64,000 bases of DNA, taken from NCBI GenBank assembly GCA_951406725.2, contig OX597814.1:225060001-225124000 (forward strand). The letters are read 5' to 3'. The notes beneath the pieces were generated by a model. That model ran no database searches and was not told the DNA's origin. It saw only the letters and a program-made list of their open reading frames with translations. The position numbers and the translations under genes were made by a program. The DNA comes from Octopus vulgaris (taxonomy: Eukaryota). Below, piece by piece: positions 27,598-41,550 of this stretch (positions are counted from its first letter, which is position 1; each line of letters starts with the position of its first letter).

Positions 27598-28191
27598 TTA
27601 AAACGAGGGTGAAAAATTGGATATTAATTTAATAACATGAATTTAACACCAGTGGTCTAGCATATTAAAAAACTGAGGTTCAGTAAATAGTATTATATAC
27701 ATATAAGTGGGATTAGCACTATGTGGACATCCTAACGCTAGAAGTAGATCCGCTATGGTCTTACCACTAAGAATTGTTCTTTAGAAAATTTAGCAAACAC
27801 CAGAAACGTAAGCGAGCAAGACAAATGAAAAATAACAAAAATATAGATTATTCATAAACAATGTATCACTATCAACAAATTATGTAATTTTACTTACGCA
27901 ATTTATCTGTAGATCTTCTGTATGATCGTTCATACAAATATAATTTGCATAACTACACACCAGACATACGCACGAGGTCGAATATGTATGTAGTTCTACC
28001 CATTACACTTGTGGTTATTTTTCAAAAGTTCTCGTTTTGGCGCGCTAAATTACCGGAAATAATACTGCGTAAAATAATTTTCAATATCTTATCTTTATAA
28101 TAGTCCTTGTCCATGATTACTATCACCCTTCCCTTATCGGCTTCTTTTAGGATGTTTGAGTTGTCATTCTTCAGCGTTTGTAAGGCTTCCT

Positions 28192-28236
<45 letters not shown>

Positions 28237-28580
28237 ACACACATATATATATATATAAATGTGTGTAACGTGAAGATGGCGCGTTACGTATGCATAGCGT
28301 CGGAATATTTTATAACCCCAAACTGTACCTGTCACATGTCCAGTTGATCTTTCAATGTTTAGTATTTTTGCTTCGTTGCGTATGGCCTGTTTGTAGCTTG
28401 TGATAATGCAACTATGCTGTAGTTTATTGAGAGGGACCAATCAGGAATGGCATGATTCATGACGAATATTTTGTATTGTCTATAGGCCCTCCTTTTGTCG
28501 ATATAATTAACTCCATTATTGAAAGGAATAAGCTTTGAACAGAGATCTACTATTCTAGGAATACACTAGTATCAGATCCT
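26740..28580 (-). mobile_element. Cluster of Penelope-like element fragments broken by microsatellites
   Basis: EALQTLKNDNSNILKEADKGRVIVIMDKDYYKDKIL (~28070-28195) is the PLE pre-RT ADKG motif; weaker C-terminal fragments at 26740-27400 and 28300-28500; pLTR-like non-coding DNA at 27595-28000. Confidence 0.7.
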
Positions 28581-28789
28581 ACGGCTATAATTGTTTACCG
28601 CGTTAGTTGATCATTCCTCACTACTTCTAAAATAGTCAAGTCGGTGCAGAAAAGGCATGACAAGTGAAAACGCACTTAAATTTCGTTTGTTTCTCTTTTC
28701 TCCTACATCTCCTTTTCTCTGTCTCTCCCTGCTGCTCATTCTCTCCCTCTCTCTCTTCCCCTCCAGCGTGACTAGCAGTACAGTGTCAG

Positions 28790-29220
28790 TAAGGCCAGTT
28801 GTCCTGGAGTCCTAGATCTACCAGGATACATTTGTCACTAGTGGGCTTCTTCCCGTGAGAAATTCGGTTAATGTGATGTTGTTGCTACCGATCTCAGCAA
28901 AGGTTTCACTGTGTTAGAAATGCGAACCTCTGGCCAAAATTGCCGGCCTACCGACAATTGATCCTCTTCTCATCTCTTCAGTTGGTAGCTTCCAATCAGA
29001 TCGCACTATCGAGGACTGAGCTGACAAAGCTCTCACTGCCTTATACCGTATCATCTTGCCTGTACATGCTTTTTTCCAAGCAACAATGAACTACTTGCTT
29101 TTCACGTCCATCAACGCCTTCTCTTATGCAGATAATGTCATCTTACATTTTCCTTTGACCTTTGCTAACCAGTCATTTCTACGGGCAGTCAAGATACCTT
29201 ATATCAAATCTTCACGGATT
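28790..29220 (+). mobile_element. Decayed non-LTR RT fragment
   Basis: KFG*CDVVATDLSKGF...SYADNVILH resembles the LDISKAFD and YADD motifs. Confidence 0.55.
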
Positions 29221-30189
29221 CTTTGAATAAAGAACTCCTGCATACTTGTACCTAGTCTCCCTTCTTAAAAAAGAAATAAAATCAAATCATAGTGTATTTC
29301 ATACCATTCCAGCACGAAAATATTACCGCACCTCACACCTTTTCTCTGAAACATGAGTAGCATGCATCTAAAGAGCCTTCTCGATCACACCGTAGTCGTA
29401 CTAACGAGTACGTCAATTTTTTTTCCGTTCGAGAAACTCGATCCTCTGGAATCTTTTCACAGCTCATGTCTTTCTTAGTCATTAGCTTGCATTAATTTAA
29501 GCGGAACTTTAGCAGTATCAGCCTCACAGGCCTCGAAAATTATAGGAACTGCCTCTTCTTCCAGACCTAACAAATAACAAAATAAAACAAAAAATGCCGT
29601 CAGTAAATCTGTGCTTCGATAATTAATAAAACTATTTTTACCAAATACCATCAAACTATGAAACCAAACTCTCATTTGTTTCTTTTTTTTTTTACAATTA
29701 TGAGATGAACACGCCACTAAAGAGACGATGATTCTGTGGTAATTTACATGTATTTGTCTACAACAGGCATGCGTTTATGTACGTACATGCATGTATGTAT
29801 GTACATATGTATGTGTATATGTATTCTTGTAGTACGTGTGTATTTCTGTATTAGCATATATTTGCGCATTGTCCCATTCAATTCTATCATAAAGTTTTCA
29901 TTTGTCGTGTATATTTTCGTACGTTCGTATGTCAATGCATTTGTTAATTGTATAATAACCGCAGTAGTAAACTATATGAGATACTGAAACAGTGGACCGT
30001 GTGGCATGGGTTCCTATTTAGGGTTTCAGAGAACATAATAGAGTGATACTGATTGGATATGAGCAGCTAAACCTTCAGCTAGAAAGCTGATATACTAACG
30101 ATTTTAAATTCTACCTTTCCGAACAATTACCGAGGAATGAGGCAAAATCTCTTTCACGCACCTTCTCTCACTTTGTGAGCACGCACGCG

Positions 30190-30271
<82 letters not shown>

Positions 30272-31112
30272 AGTGTTTGAATTTTTCTCTTTCTGTTGTG
30301 TGTGTACTTTCTGTTCCTTAAAAAACAAATACTATGTCGGCTGGATTCCAGAAACGATGCCAAGTTTTATCGCTTTCTTAGATCGGAATGTAATCGCTGA
30401 AAATTCTTCAACCCAGTTATAAATTTCTCTTTCAAGGTTTTTATCTTTCAGTACAGTAAAAGCTTGTTTGTTCCGAACATACGTAAACCATTAGCAAGAG
30501 CGAACAAGTGTCAAAAGACAACGAACGCTAAATATATTCGTAGTTATATTATCAGGCCACCACGGTGGAAACATTTCTCGTGGCGTTTAGCTTACACCAA
30601 ATAAGACGGGCAAAATTATGCAAATAATGACCACACAGAGTCCCGATAAAGTACATTCTGTTAAGAATATAAACGTTTTCAGGGACTGAATCGATAAAAA
30701 AGATCTGAAGGTTCAGCTGGATTCTTACCAGCCGGTCTTTGAGGAAGCTTCCTTTTGGATTGCTTTCATCACTTATCTTTTTTTTATGCGGATAAATCAT
30801 TATGAATAACTTTCCGTATCTTGTTTCTTTATCTTTTCTTCCTGATCATTAAAAATGCATACGTATCCGTCTATCGATATTTTGAATGCATATATTTGCC
30901 TGTATCCATATTCAGATAAACCATAACCAATATTTAGAAATATCGGAAGATTTTATTTTTCATGTGGTCAGTTTTTTTTTTGTGCACGTATATATACGTG
31001 CGTGTGTATGCGTGCGTGTGCGTGCGTGTGTGTGCATGCGTGTGTGTGTGCTAGTGCTTTTGCATGTATTTATATATGCATACGTATTTACATATATTGA
31101 TGAATAAATACA

Positions 31113-31144
<32 letters not shown>

Positions 31145-31149
31145 CATAC

Positions 31150-31182
<33 letters not shown>

Positions 31183-32081
31183 AGAATCTGTGTATACATC
31201 CACTCCCGCACACTCACATATACAGAGAGCGAGGAGACAGACAGACAGACACAGAGACAGACAGATAAACAATCAGACAGACAGACAGAGATTATATGCA
31301 CTTGCTGAATCGATGTACGCTCTTGTTAACTAAATATCTCACCTGGATAAACTAAACTAGTACTGCTTAAGTTCCTTTGAGCCTATTGGCTACATAACAC
31401 CTGACACATATTCGAACATACCGACTTATATTCCCCTAGCATGACACTTTCAAAAGATTTCTTTTACACCTTTCCAAGAGATATTCCATTTCTTGCTGAT
31501 ATATAAATTAATATATATTCTTTCCTCTACTTTGGTCGATTTACACACCAACTATTGGTTATGTCAATAACTGCAATTTACTAATAGTCTATGCGAATCA
31601 CTCTATTTAGTTCACCAGCTGCTGATGACATGAATAGTCACCGTAAAATCTTGATGTCGCACAACGTATAGATGTCGTAAATATAATACGAGTTCTATTT
31701 ACGTGATATATTTGAGTTACCTTCATCTTATTTGTTTAATTCACATAAACGTAAATTAAAACAGTCGGAAACTATTCTTGAATGGTTGCACGTTTGCAGT
31801 GGTTATATATCTAGCTCAGATTAACTAAAACTACACTGCTTAGGCTTATTCGCGTATATACCACCTACATATGTGTATGTATGTATATATATATATATGT
31901 GTGCATATACATATATATGTATAAATATATATGTATATATATATATGTGTGTGTTTGTGTGTATGTGTGTGCGTGTGTGTGTATTTGTTTATACGTATAT
32001 ACATATGTATATATGTAGGTACATATGTTGGATCAATAGCTCCTGCACGTATTTTTTCTCTCCTTGTTTCTTTTCTGTGTA

Positions 32082-32119
32082 TCTTTCTGTCGAAGAGCGT
32101 AGGCTCGAAACGTAAAAGA
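32082..32119 (+). ncRNA. Minimal hammerhead-like fold with variant core
   Basis: tcttt CTGTCGAA gagc gtag gctc GAAA cg TA aaaga; stems I and II perfect, core non-canonical. Confidence 0.45.
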
Positions 32120-32280
32120 CTTGTTTTATTTCTATTCCTGAGCGCCATACTAATACATTTGTTTGTTTGTACTCCACTTGCCTTCGTCTTTTGTTTATTT
32201 TCGTAAACCTTCCCGTTACATATATACGTATGTATGTATAAATATGTGTGTGTCTATTTACCAATCTATCTATCTATCTG

Positions 32281-32392
<112 letters not shown>

Positions 32393-32890
32393 TCTATCTA
32401 TCCATGTATTCACCTATGCTCACTTGAAAATACGCAGCATTTTCACACATTCAATCATGCAATATCATCGCGGAACTTTTACAAAACCTAAACGTAATTG
32501 CATTTGTGCCTGATACTGTAATGGTTGTTAAGTACTGTTAAGTACTCCATTTTCTTTCATTTTATGTGGCTAAATTAATATGCCAAAACATTGCTCGACA
32601 TGAATCTGTCTAAACTGGCAGATCCTGGTCAAGTGAACTTTAAGTGTATATACGCATTTGACCCTTTGAAAACTTTATGTAGCTGTAAGCCTGTATACAG
32701 ACGAGAAATATCCCAACTTTAATTTGAACGGTCGCATGTCTAATGCAGTTAGGCGAGACTAAACCTGTTAAGATGTCTACGATTATCTGACGATATAACA
32801 TTTATTAGGACAATTTTACCGACTGTCTTCCACAGCTGTTTAATAAAATGCAGCTTTATGAATACTTTCCATTGGTCATTAGACGCTATA

Positions 32891-32926
<36 letters not shown>

Positions 32927-33199
32927 GGTGTGTGTGTGTGTATGTGTGCATGTGTGCTTGTGTATGTGTGTGTGTTTCGGTGAGCTAACGAAGGAGCTTC
33001 TATGTCGATCTGGTATAAATAGTAGTCAAATCTCCATCGACTTGCACTTTTTTCCCCTTAAGTAAAGAAGACATTCGTACACCTTATAAAACGCGGTAGT
33101 TAGACCTGCATATTCAGGGTTACCCTTGGGTTATAAAGAAACATGTACTTCGCCTTGGATGGAACTTACGATCCTTTATTACAGGCGTAGTTCCAACAT

Positions 33200-33480
33200 T
33201 CTTACCTCTTTAGTAGGGACGTTCTGTAGCCTGGTCTAGTAAGCTTCTTCGTGTAATCTTTCTTATTCATATCTACAGTTGTAATTCAATTATCAGTCGA
33301 AATTATGACGATGTTACTATCTTCATGGAGTGACTTGGTAGAATTATCTCCTGTTTAGAATTGTTTGGCTTTGTTTGGAAAGGTAGTCGTCTTTGTTACA
33401 GCAGAAACTGTTGATAGTATATCATCTATCTCAGTATTCTCTACTCAACTACAGCAATGATGTTAAGGGAAAGAATTCCC
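33200..33480 (-). mobile_element. Decayed Penelope-like pre-RT fragment
   Basis: KSLHEDSNIVIISTDN*ITTVDMNKE parallels the 28070-28195 motif. Confidence 0.45.
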
Positions 33481-36049
33481 TTGATTTTAATAGCGTAATT
33501 CACTTTTTGTTTAATATTGATTTCTTTTTTTCTTTCGAATCATTCAGCTATAAATTATTTTATTGTATAAAGCCGCCTGTCTGCCGATTCCCTCTGTCGC
33601 AAGTCATGCATGCATTTTATTGCAAATAGATTTAATCTTCACATATTCATGTGGTGTAACTGCTTAGTAGCCTGGAATCTAAAATCATAGTCCTATTAAC
33701 AAATATTTAATCAAATTTTCTAGCTTTGAACACATTCAACTGGCTCTTGTTTTTAGAAAATATATTGGAATGATCACTCCATTATAAAAGCGCAGCAGGA
33801 TCCTTCATGGAATAGTCTAACTCTCCAACCTTTCATTTGCATTTGTAAACATTTCGCTATTGTATTCTTTGTTGTTGGCTAGTAGCAGATGGTAAAGTGC
33901 TTTCATTCTTTTGTCATTTTAAAGTATTGCAGGCGGCTTATGTATACAAAAGTATGGGGTTTAGTTCACAGGTGACCTAAACGATTAGGTACGTTAGGTA
34001 AGCGCTGTAACGGGTTACTAGTGCTCCAAGGTTATAGGTGATATGGTAGTTATGGACCCATTGCAGATTTCCGATATATATATCTTCTTGCCAAGGAATG
34101 AATTCGCAAAGCACTATTACACGTGCAGTTTAAACAAAAATCATGATATATGCAATAAATAAATAGTAGAATATAATTTCAAGGGGTGTATAAAAGAAAA
34201 ACCATTAATGACAAGGGAATTTATCTATGCTTAGCGGCAAAACATTCACGATTGTAGCATACCGAGAAAACCGAATGTTAATTGTAGTATTCAGTTTTCT
34301 TTCTCCTTGTGTGTCACTATTTGGTCAACATCATTTCTTTATTCGAAGAGAAAACTGTGATGTAAAATTGAGAGATAGTGTGTTTATTTTATATAGTCAG
34401 ATGATTCGTGTTGAGGAAATTAATCGTTTCACAGTGGTACCAGCAGAAAAGATTTATAAGTTGTCAACTTCGAAACTGACAAGACATTGATTGAAAATTT
34501 TTTAAAATCACCTTAGAATATAAAGAATTTAGATGCTGAGTTTTAGAAAGGATTTCTTTCAACTAGATGTCGAGATATATCATCATTTGAGAGAAGCAAC
34601 TAAATATTTATCTTTATATTGGCTAACGTCAGTATGGAACAATTTGAAGACAGTTCCTGGAATTCACTATGGAGAAGCAAACTAATAGCTGTTTTTGTTA
34701 GATGTACTGATGCTAGGTACAAGATCAGAAAAAGTTGTAGATCAGAAGTCAACATCACTGAACTAAATCTATTTTCAGTCTCGTCGACCGCAGAGTACCC
34801 AGGAAAGTTCTGAAAACACAATGCTAGCTATTCACAGCAGCTTCTTCCAACCTCTGTTGAACGGTAGTTAAGTCCAAAGTAGCTGTAGTTTGTGACGTTT
34901 AATCCGCCATTTTTCCGTTTCACATAACTCGTTAATCATAACTATTTTTCTTATCAGCTGCTTCGACACCTGCCACTTGTAATACTTTACCATTCCTTGC
35001 AAAGAAAAGAAGCCGAAGCAATTATATTTTACCTAAAACACATTGTTTTACTTTTTCTTTATTCCCCATTCAGTAGATCGAAGTGTCTCTCTTTGATTAA
35101 TACAATTATGCCTTATTTAAATGATTATTTCTTTTAATCTCATATTAGATTTTCAAGTCAAACCACAATTTCCGCTTAATTGATAACGCAAGTAACAAGC
35201 TAGATTTCACACTTATCAATCGATCCCATCAATTAAACTCATTTATAGCGGCTTTGATCAGAGCTATAACTAAATGATTATTCGATTACTGTTCAAAAGT
35301 CATAATGCTAAAACTATCACTTGCCACTTCCCTTAGAACATTTACATATGCCTTTTATGCTATGCAATAAAGATGGCATTCAAACAAGTCATACAATGAG
35401 ATTAGCTAAATTTAACTCTGACCCAGTCACAAAATATGAAGTAGACTAATGAATATTCAAATCTTGAGCACATTATTTGAATGCAATTCATTGTGAGTCG
35501 CAATACAAAACATGAAGGGATGTGCATATCTATGATAGAATATATGTAAGGTGAACATAATAGAATATATTAAAACAGGTTATGAATTTATTACTCGAAA
35601 TAAACAAGGGAAAAACTACACACAAAGAGAAAAGATCCAATAAGATCAGGGTGTCTCTTAACTCCTTGATTCAGTTCCTATAACTTTCTGCAAGCAAGAT
35701 CCATGTGTAGATTTGAATTTAAAAGAAGTAGAGCTGTGATATCTGCGACTCACTATGAAAAGTAATTCGTTATCTGCGTATAAACTTCAGACATGGTTTT
35801 TACTTAACAGCCTATAATTTGATGTTCAAATTGGTAGGCTGTTTATTACTGTCCCCACCTCCCCTTCAATTAGAAAACTACTTCTCTGTTTCTCCTCACG
35901 TTATTCTGCTGTTACACGAGTTTCTAGTTGTTTCAGAAAACCGTGATATTCAACTTCTACAGGAGCAGGGTAAGACTACATATGAGGGACCATGATGCTG
36001 TTACTTGCTTTTAGTCGGTGCTAATTTTGTTTGCCCTTACTGCTGTTTT

Positions 36050-37190
36050 TTCTCTCTGACAGTTTCCTATCTTTACCACCTCTTAATTAGCAGAAGATAA
36101 TGGAATGGGTCTGATGTTCGAAGCCTTTTCCCAGTTGAGGAAATCTTTCGACTTCTGGGTACTATACTTCATACTGGTACTAGCAGCAAGGAGGAATTGA
36201 TAATTTCGGTTGCTTTTATTTCTCCCATGGCTGTCCATAGAGAGGTGAGTAGTGTTGTAGCAGCAATAGTGGTACCAGTACCTACAGTCTCGCCCTTGGT
36301 GGGCTCGTATTTTGTACCGCCCTTCACCTTCATTTTCCTTTTGCTTTTCTTCTTCTGGACAGAAAGTCTTCAAGAAGACTTCACCACAACATGAATGACT
36401 GAGTCTTTTTCCTCACAACACTAAGTTTTCATTTATATCGTTTCCTTTCGCTCACTATGATATAACTCCAAGAAAGTTATGTTTTCATCGGGATTTATCA
36501 GGCCCCAGATATCCATGCAGACTCTTATCGGATCAGAAATTGTTGCAGGTCATATCAGCATTCTCCACATGTTCGTCTAGCAGAATCGTTAACACCCTAA
36601 ATAAAATACTTTGTTCTGAATTTAAATTTCGTCGATTTCGACTTTGTCTTTCATCGTTTCGGGGCACTGGGGTCAATGTAATCGCCTAATACCCTCACCT
36701 AATATTTAGGCTTTGTGCTTTTAGTAAAGAGAATTGTTGCGCTAAGGTGACAAGAGCCATGTTCATATTCCATATCAATATTTCTGGCTCTTAGTCCTGA
36801 GGCCCATGTACTGCAGCATTAGCGTGTAGGCATGTATGACACACCAGATCTACTTGTTTCCTCACCTGATACTTAAACTTCAAGCGAGCATTTCAACAAG
36901 CCCTGCATAGGTCGAGAGAGAAAGAGCACACATTCTACTACATTTAGACCAAGGATCCCTCCTACTCGACCTTCGAGGACATATGGAAGCTTCACTTAAC
37001 ATTCACAATGGTATGTTACTTTCTTGCTCAATCTTTATCGGATAAATTCCTAGACATTGCTTGCTACCTCGGTGAGCATCTTTGCATTTTCCTTCTTCTG
37101 AATTTGGCTCATATCGAGGTGCTACTTATGACTCACAAAGTTCCTAAAAGTTAAATTTGCTTTTTTTGTTTCATCTTTTAGTCAGGAGGG
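36050..37190 (-). mobile_element. Possible decayed LINE ORF1, with a SINE A remnant at ~36578-36735
   Basis: Lys-rich and Thr-rich stretch (KKKSKRKMKVK...GTGTTIAATT) and LQYMGLRT; heavily disrupted. Confidence 0.3.
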
Positions 37191-37382
37191 CCTACAAAAT
37201 TGTTGGGAAGCTGAGGACAAATATCCTTAATTCGAAGGTCTTTCCAAGAAGGGAAAGAGGCTCGGGTGTGTTGTGTGTGTGTGTGTGGAGCAGGACAACA
37301 TGGAGAAAATAGTTCAAATGTTGAGTATAATATTCTTTTGCTGAAGAACTTTCTGGCCAGTTATTGTGACAAACTGAGGATG

Positions 37383-37700
37383 TACTATCAGAGCCCATCA
37401 AAATTATACAGCTATATAGAAAAAAATATGTTTATTGCAAAATATTAGAGAAGCATGGCATACATAATTTGATTTGGAATTGCATATTTCTGAAGCGTTT
37501 GATTTTGAGTTAGAGCAGAACACAAAGATAATACTGACAGTGCAGTCTTTGGAAGTAACATTTTTGCAAACAAACTCAAGAATCAAACGCTTCAGAAATA
37601 TGCAATTCCAAAGCGAATTATGTATACCATGCTTCTCTATAAGTTTGCTATAAACAATGTTTTGTATATAACTGTATAATTTTGATGTGCTCTAATAGTA
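37383..37700. mobile_element. MITE / foldback element with ~130-bp inverted arms
   Basis: 37383-37511 is the reverse complement of ~37573-37700 (e.g. tttggaattgcatatttctgaagcgtttgatt); TA at both ends. Confidence 0.9.
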
Positions 37701-37984
37701 TTCACAATTAGCTGCAGGTAAATAGATCGATAGAACGAGTAAATAGCTGGCTATATGATATATAGTATGTAGTTTTGTTACTCTACAATTGAATTGCTAA
37801 TCTCACTCGGTTCGATTTTCACATATTTCTCCGTAAATATCTGCCAGTCATGTGTGTGGGTGGATCAATTTTTACTTTGACTTTATCGATCTCTCACAAA
37901 ATCGAGGATGTTATAGCTGTTCCTTAGCTTAAAGTTGACCCTGATTGAGTAGATCAATGATTAAAATATGTGTTGCGCTGTCAG

Positions 37985-38852
37985 TGATGGCACTTTTCAA
38001 CTGCGATAGGGATGCTGGATTACGAGCGGCTTCTTTCTGTTTCAGAATAACCTAACAATGCTTTATTGGGTTGAGATCCGGGGAATTTCTTGGTCATGGA
38101 CCTAAGATCTCATGCTCAGAATTGCTTAGCTACTGCTTTACTGCTCTTGCCTGGTGGCATGGTACTCTATCATGCTGGAAGTGTGTATACTGCTTGATCT
38201 CCATAAATGGTAGGACTTTCCTTTGCATAATTTCAAGGGAATTAGTTCCCTTGATAGTTCCACCTTCAAGCATAAACCACAGTCCGCATCTTTCACCAGC
38301 ACAAATAGCTCCCCACACCATAACTTCTGTTGCATTTTTAACACTTGGGATAGCGTAGCGAGGATTATCCCTTCGCTCACACGCCTGCATAAAATTGTGA
38401 CAACTGCGTTTCATCCGAAAATATAATTTGTTTCGATTGTTCGACTGACCAATTTTTGTACTTTTGGCTAAATGTCGAACGATCAGCAAAATATTTTTAG
38501 ATTAATCTTGGTTTCCTTGAACGTTTGTATGACTTAAGGCCGGCATCAAATAATCTTCTACGAATTGTCCTTTGGTTAAAAGCCTTGTCTTCTTGCAGTA
38601 GACAAGAACCTTTCTGGTTGACCTTTTGGCGGATAGAATTACTGCATTGTCCATTCGCTTGGTGGCGGCTTTTGGACGACCCGTAGGCTTGTCATATCCA
38701 TATTTTCCAGCAGATTTCGAGTTGTTTATTGCCCTTGAAACAGCTCTCTGGGTCAATTTAAATGTTTTGCCAATTTGTTGAGTGCTTTATTATTCTTCGT
38801 ACAGAATTTTTATTTCAGCATGATTGACCGACGAAATTCTTCGACGAGGCAT
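37985..38852 (-). mobile_element. Tc1-type transposase pseudogene
   Basis: PTGRPKAATKRMD (HTH region), SVKNATEVMVWGAI, FQHDRVPCH, NSPDLNPI; stops and frameshifts. Confidence 0.92.
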
Positions 38853-39131
38853 TCTTTACGACAGGAAAATGATTAACAAGAACGAATTGTCATAAGATAT
38901 TTTAGTGACAGCTTATCGAAAATTGGATCAGTGAATCAGAGCACATCAGCCAGTCAGGGCTCCGTAATCACGCAGAAAACACGTTAACACTAGGTGATAA
39001 ACAAATTTGGACGATCGACACTGCGTGATAAACAGATTTGAACGATCGACTAGAGATTAAAAATAGCATCTTTGGGATGAATGCAATTCTTGTTTATAAA
39101 TCAATGAAACATCCATTCTGGCTATGACAGA

Positions 39132-39335
<204 letters not shown>

Positions 39336-39750
39336 TTTCTCTCGGACAAAGTCCACGGCAGCAAAGCGGATGGCTATTTCAATTCAATGTTGTTTCAATT
39401 GCGTTCATTGACGAGATACATTCATACACCAATACTTCATTTTTTTATTTGTTTTCTGACGTAATGACCCTTCTAAGTTACAAGATATATATATGGATAC
39501 ATGTATGACTGTATATGCATATAAATACATGTATATATACGCATATATAAATATATATATACATATGCATATACAAAAATAAATAAATAAATATATATAT
39601 ATATACACATATGCGCATACATAAATAAATATGTATATATATAAGTAAATACGTAAATATATATATACGCATATATATATAAATAAATATATGTATATAT
39701 ACATATATATACGCATATATGAATATATATATATGCATATATATATACGC

Positions 39751-39820
<70 letters not shown>

Positions 39821-39887
39821 TATACTTTGATACTTTGATAGGTTTCGGCCATTATTGGCCCAGGCCATGTCTAACTTAATAGCACCA

Positions 39888-39988
<101 letters not shown>

Positions 39989-40009
39989 ATATATATATGT
40001 ATATATATA

Positions 40010-40490
40010 AAACTTACTTGGAAAATTAATTAGAAGTAAATTTTATTAGCATTCACTTTACATGAGCTTTTCCCGACCGTCTACAATTGTGCTGAGGCTT
40101 GCTACAGAATTTCTGTTTGGATATACTTAGAGTACTTAAATGTCCTCATTGACTTTGCATCTTATTTTTCCGTGGCTATATGTGAGTGTTCCATTTATTT
40201 CTACTCGTGTTTCTCACTGAAGAAGAAAGAATCCTTGTGGATTAATCCACAAATCGGTCTGATTCGGGAATAACGAATTTTTGAAAAATTTCTGTTACCT
40301 TGCTTTACTCGTTTCAGCAGGCTGCGTATTTATAGTGAAAAATATCGTGTGATTAGACGATCTAGATGTGGCATAGAATTTTTTTCTATAATTGCTTATA
40401 CTTTTCTTTATAATTGCTTATACTTTCACCATTAAAGGTATTTTAATATGCTGGCAACTGATAAAATTTCTTTGAAAAATATTTATGCTT
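40010..40490 (+). mobile_element. pLTR-like unit between (TA)n arrays with a decayed hammerhead
   Basis: CTGAAGA at 40217-40223, 18-bp palindrome ttgtggattaatccacaa at 40235-40252, GAAA lost. Confidence 0.45.
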
Positions 40491-40506
40491 ATATTAGAAG
40501 TGTATA

Positions 40507-40560
<54 letters not shown>

Positions 40561-40857
40561 CATACACACACACATACATCAATATCTATTATTAACTCTA
40601 GTCTATGTTATCGATTATTATTACTTGATCATCTATGCTACGGCACATAAACAACAGTACCACCGATTTTACGTGGTGTAAACGTAAATACATGCACGGA
40701 CGCGCACATATAAAAGCATTACACTTTAGCAGTGTTAGTATTTATGAATACACGTCTGCACGTTGAAATTATAGTTTAGTGTGCGAAAAATTGAAAATAT
40801 AAAAGGCAAAAAACATGAAAAGAAAAAGATAATTAAAAAAGAGGGGTGATAGTAAAT

Positions 40858-41550
40858 TCTGTTCTACTCTAGGCACAAGACCTGCAATTTGGGGGGAGGG
40901 TGCCAGTCGATTAGACCGATCCCCAGTACTCAACTGGAACTTAATTTATCGACCCCGAAAGGATAAAAAGGTAAAGTCAACCTCGGCGGCATTTGAACTC
41001 GAATGTAAATACAGACGAAATACTTATTTCTTTACTGCTCACAAGGGGCTAAACACAGAGGGGACAAACAAGGACAGACAAACGGATTAAGTCCATCATA
41101 TCGAACCCAGTGCGTAAATAGTAGTTATTTAATCGACCCTGAAAGGATGAAAGGCGAAGTCGACCTCGGCGGAATTTGAACTCAGAACATAAAGACGGAC
41201 GAAATACCTATTTCTTTACTACCCACAAGGGGCTAAACACAGAGAAGACAAACAAGGACAAACAAACGGATTAAGTCGATTATATCGACCCCAGTGCGTA
41301 ACTGGTACTTAATTTATCTGTTTCTTTATTACCTACAAGGGGCTAAACACAGAGGGGACAAACAAGGACAGACAAACGGATTAAGTCGATTACATCGACC
41401 CCAGTGCGTAACTGGTAATTAATTTATCGACCCCGAAAGGATGAAAGGCAAAGTCGACCTCGGCGGAATTTAAACTCAGAACGTAACGGCAAACGAAATA
41501 CCGCTAAGCATTTCGCCGTCCTGCTCACGTTTCTGCCAGCTCGCCGCCTT
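40858..41550 (-). mobile_element. Multimeric SINE group A (one head, several core/long-tail repeats, final short tail)
   Basis: acaaggggctaaacacagag occurs three times (~41041, 41225, 41335). Confidence 0.92.

Noticed and set aside
27917-27968. Minus-strand hammerhead remnant (CTGGTGT...hairpin...GAACGATC)
   Set aside because: Several core mismatches; counted only as a possible relic
30330-30800. Minus-strand short ORFs as upstream exons
   Set aside because: No convincing splice pair or recognised motif; may be a transposon fossil
40858-41550. CRISPR-like repeat spacing
   Set aside because: The units are SINE cores with no unique spacers; eukaryotic context
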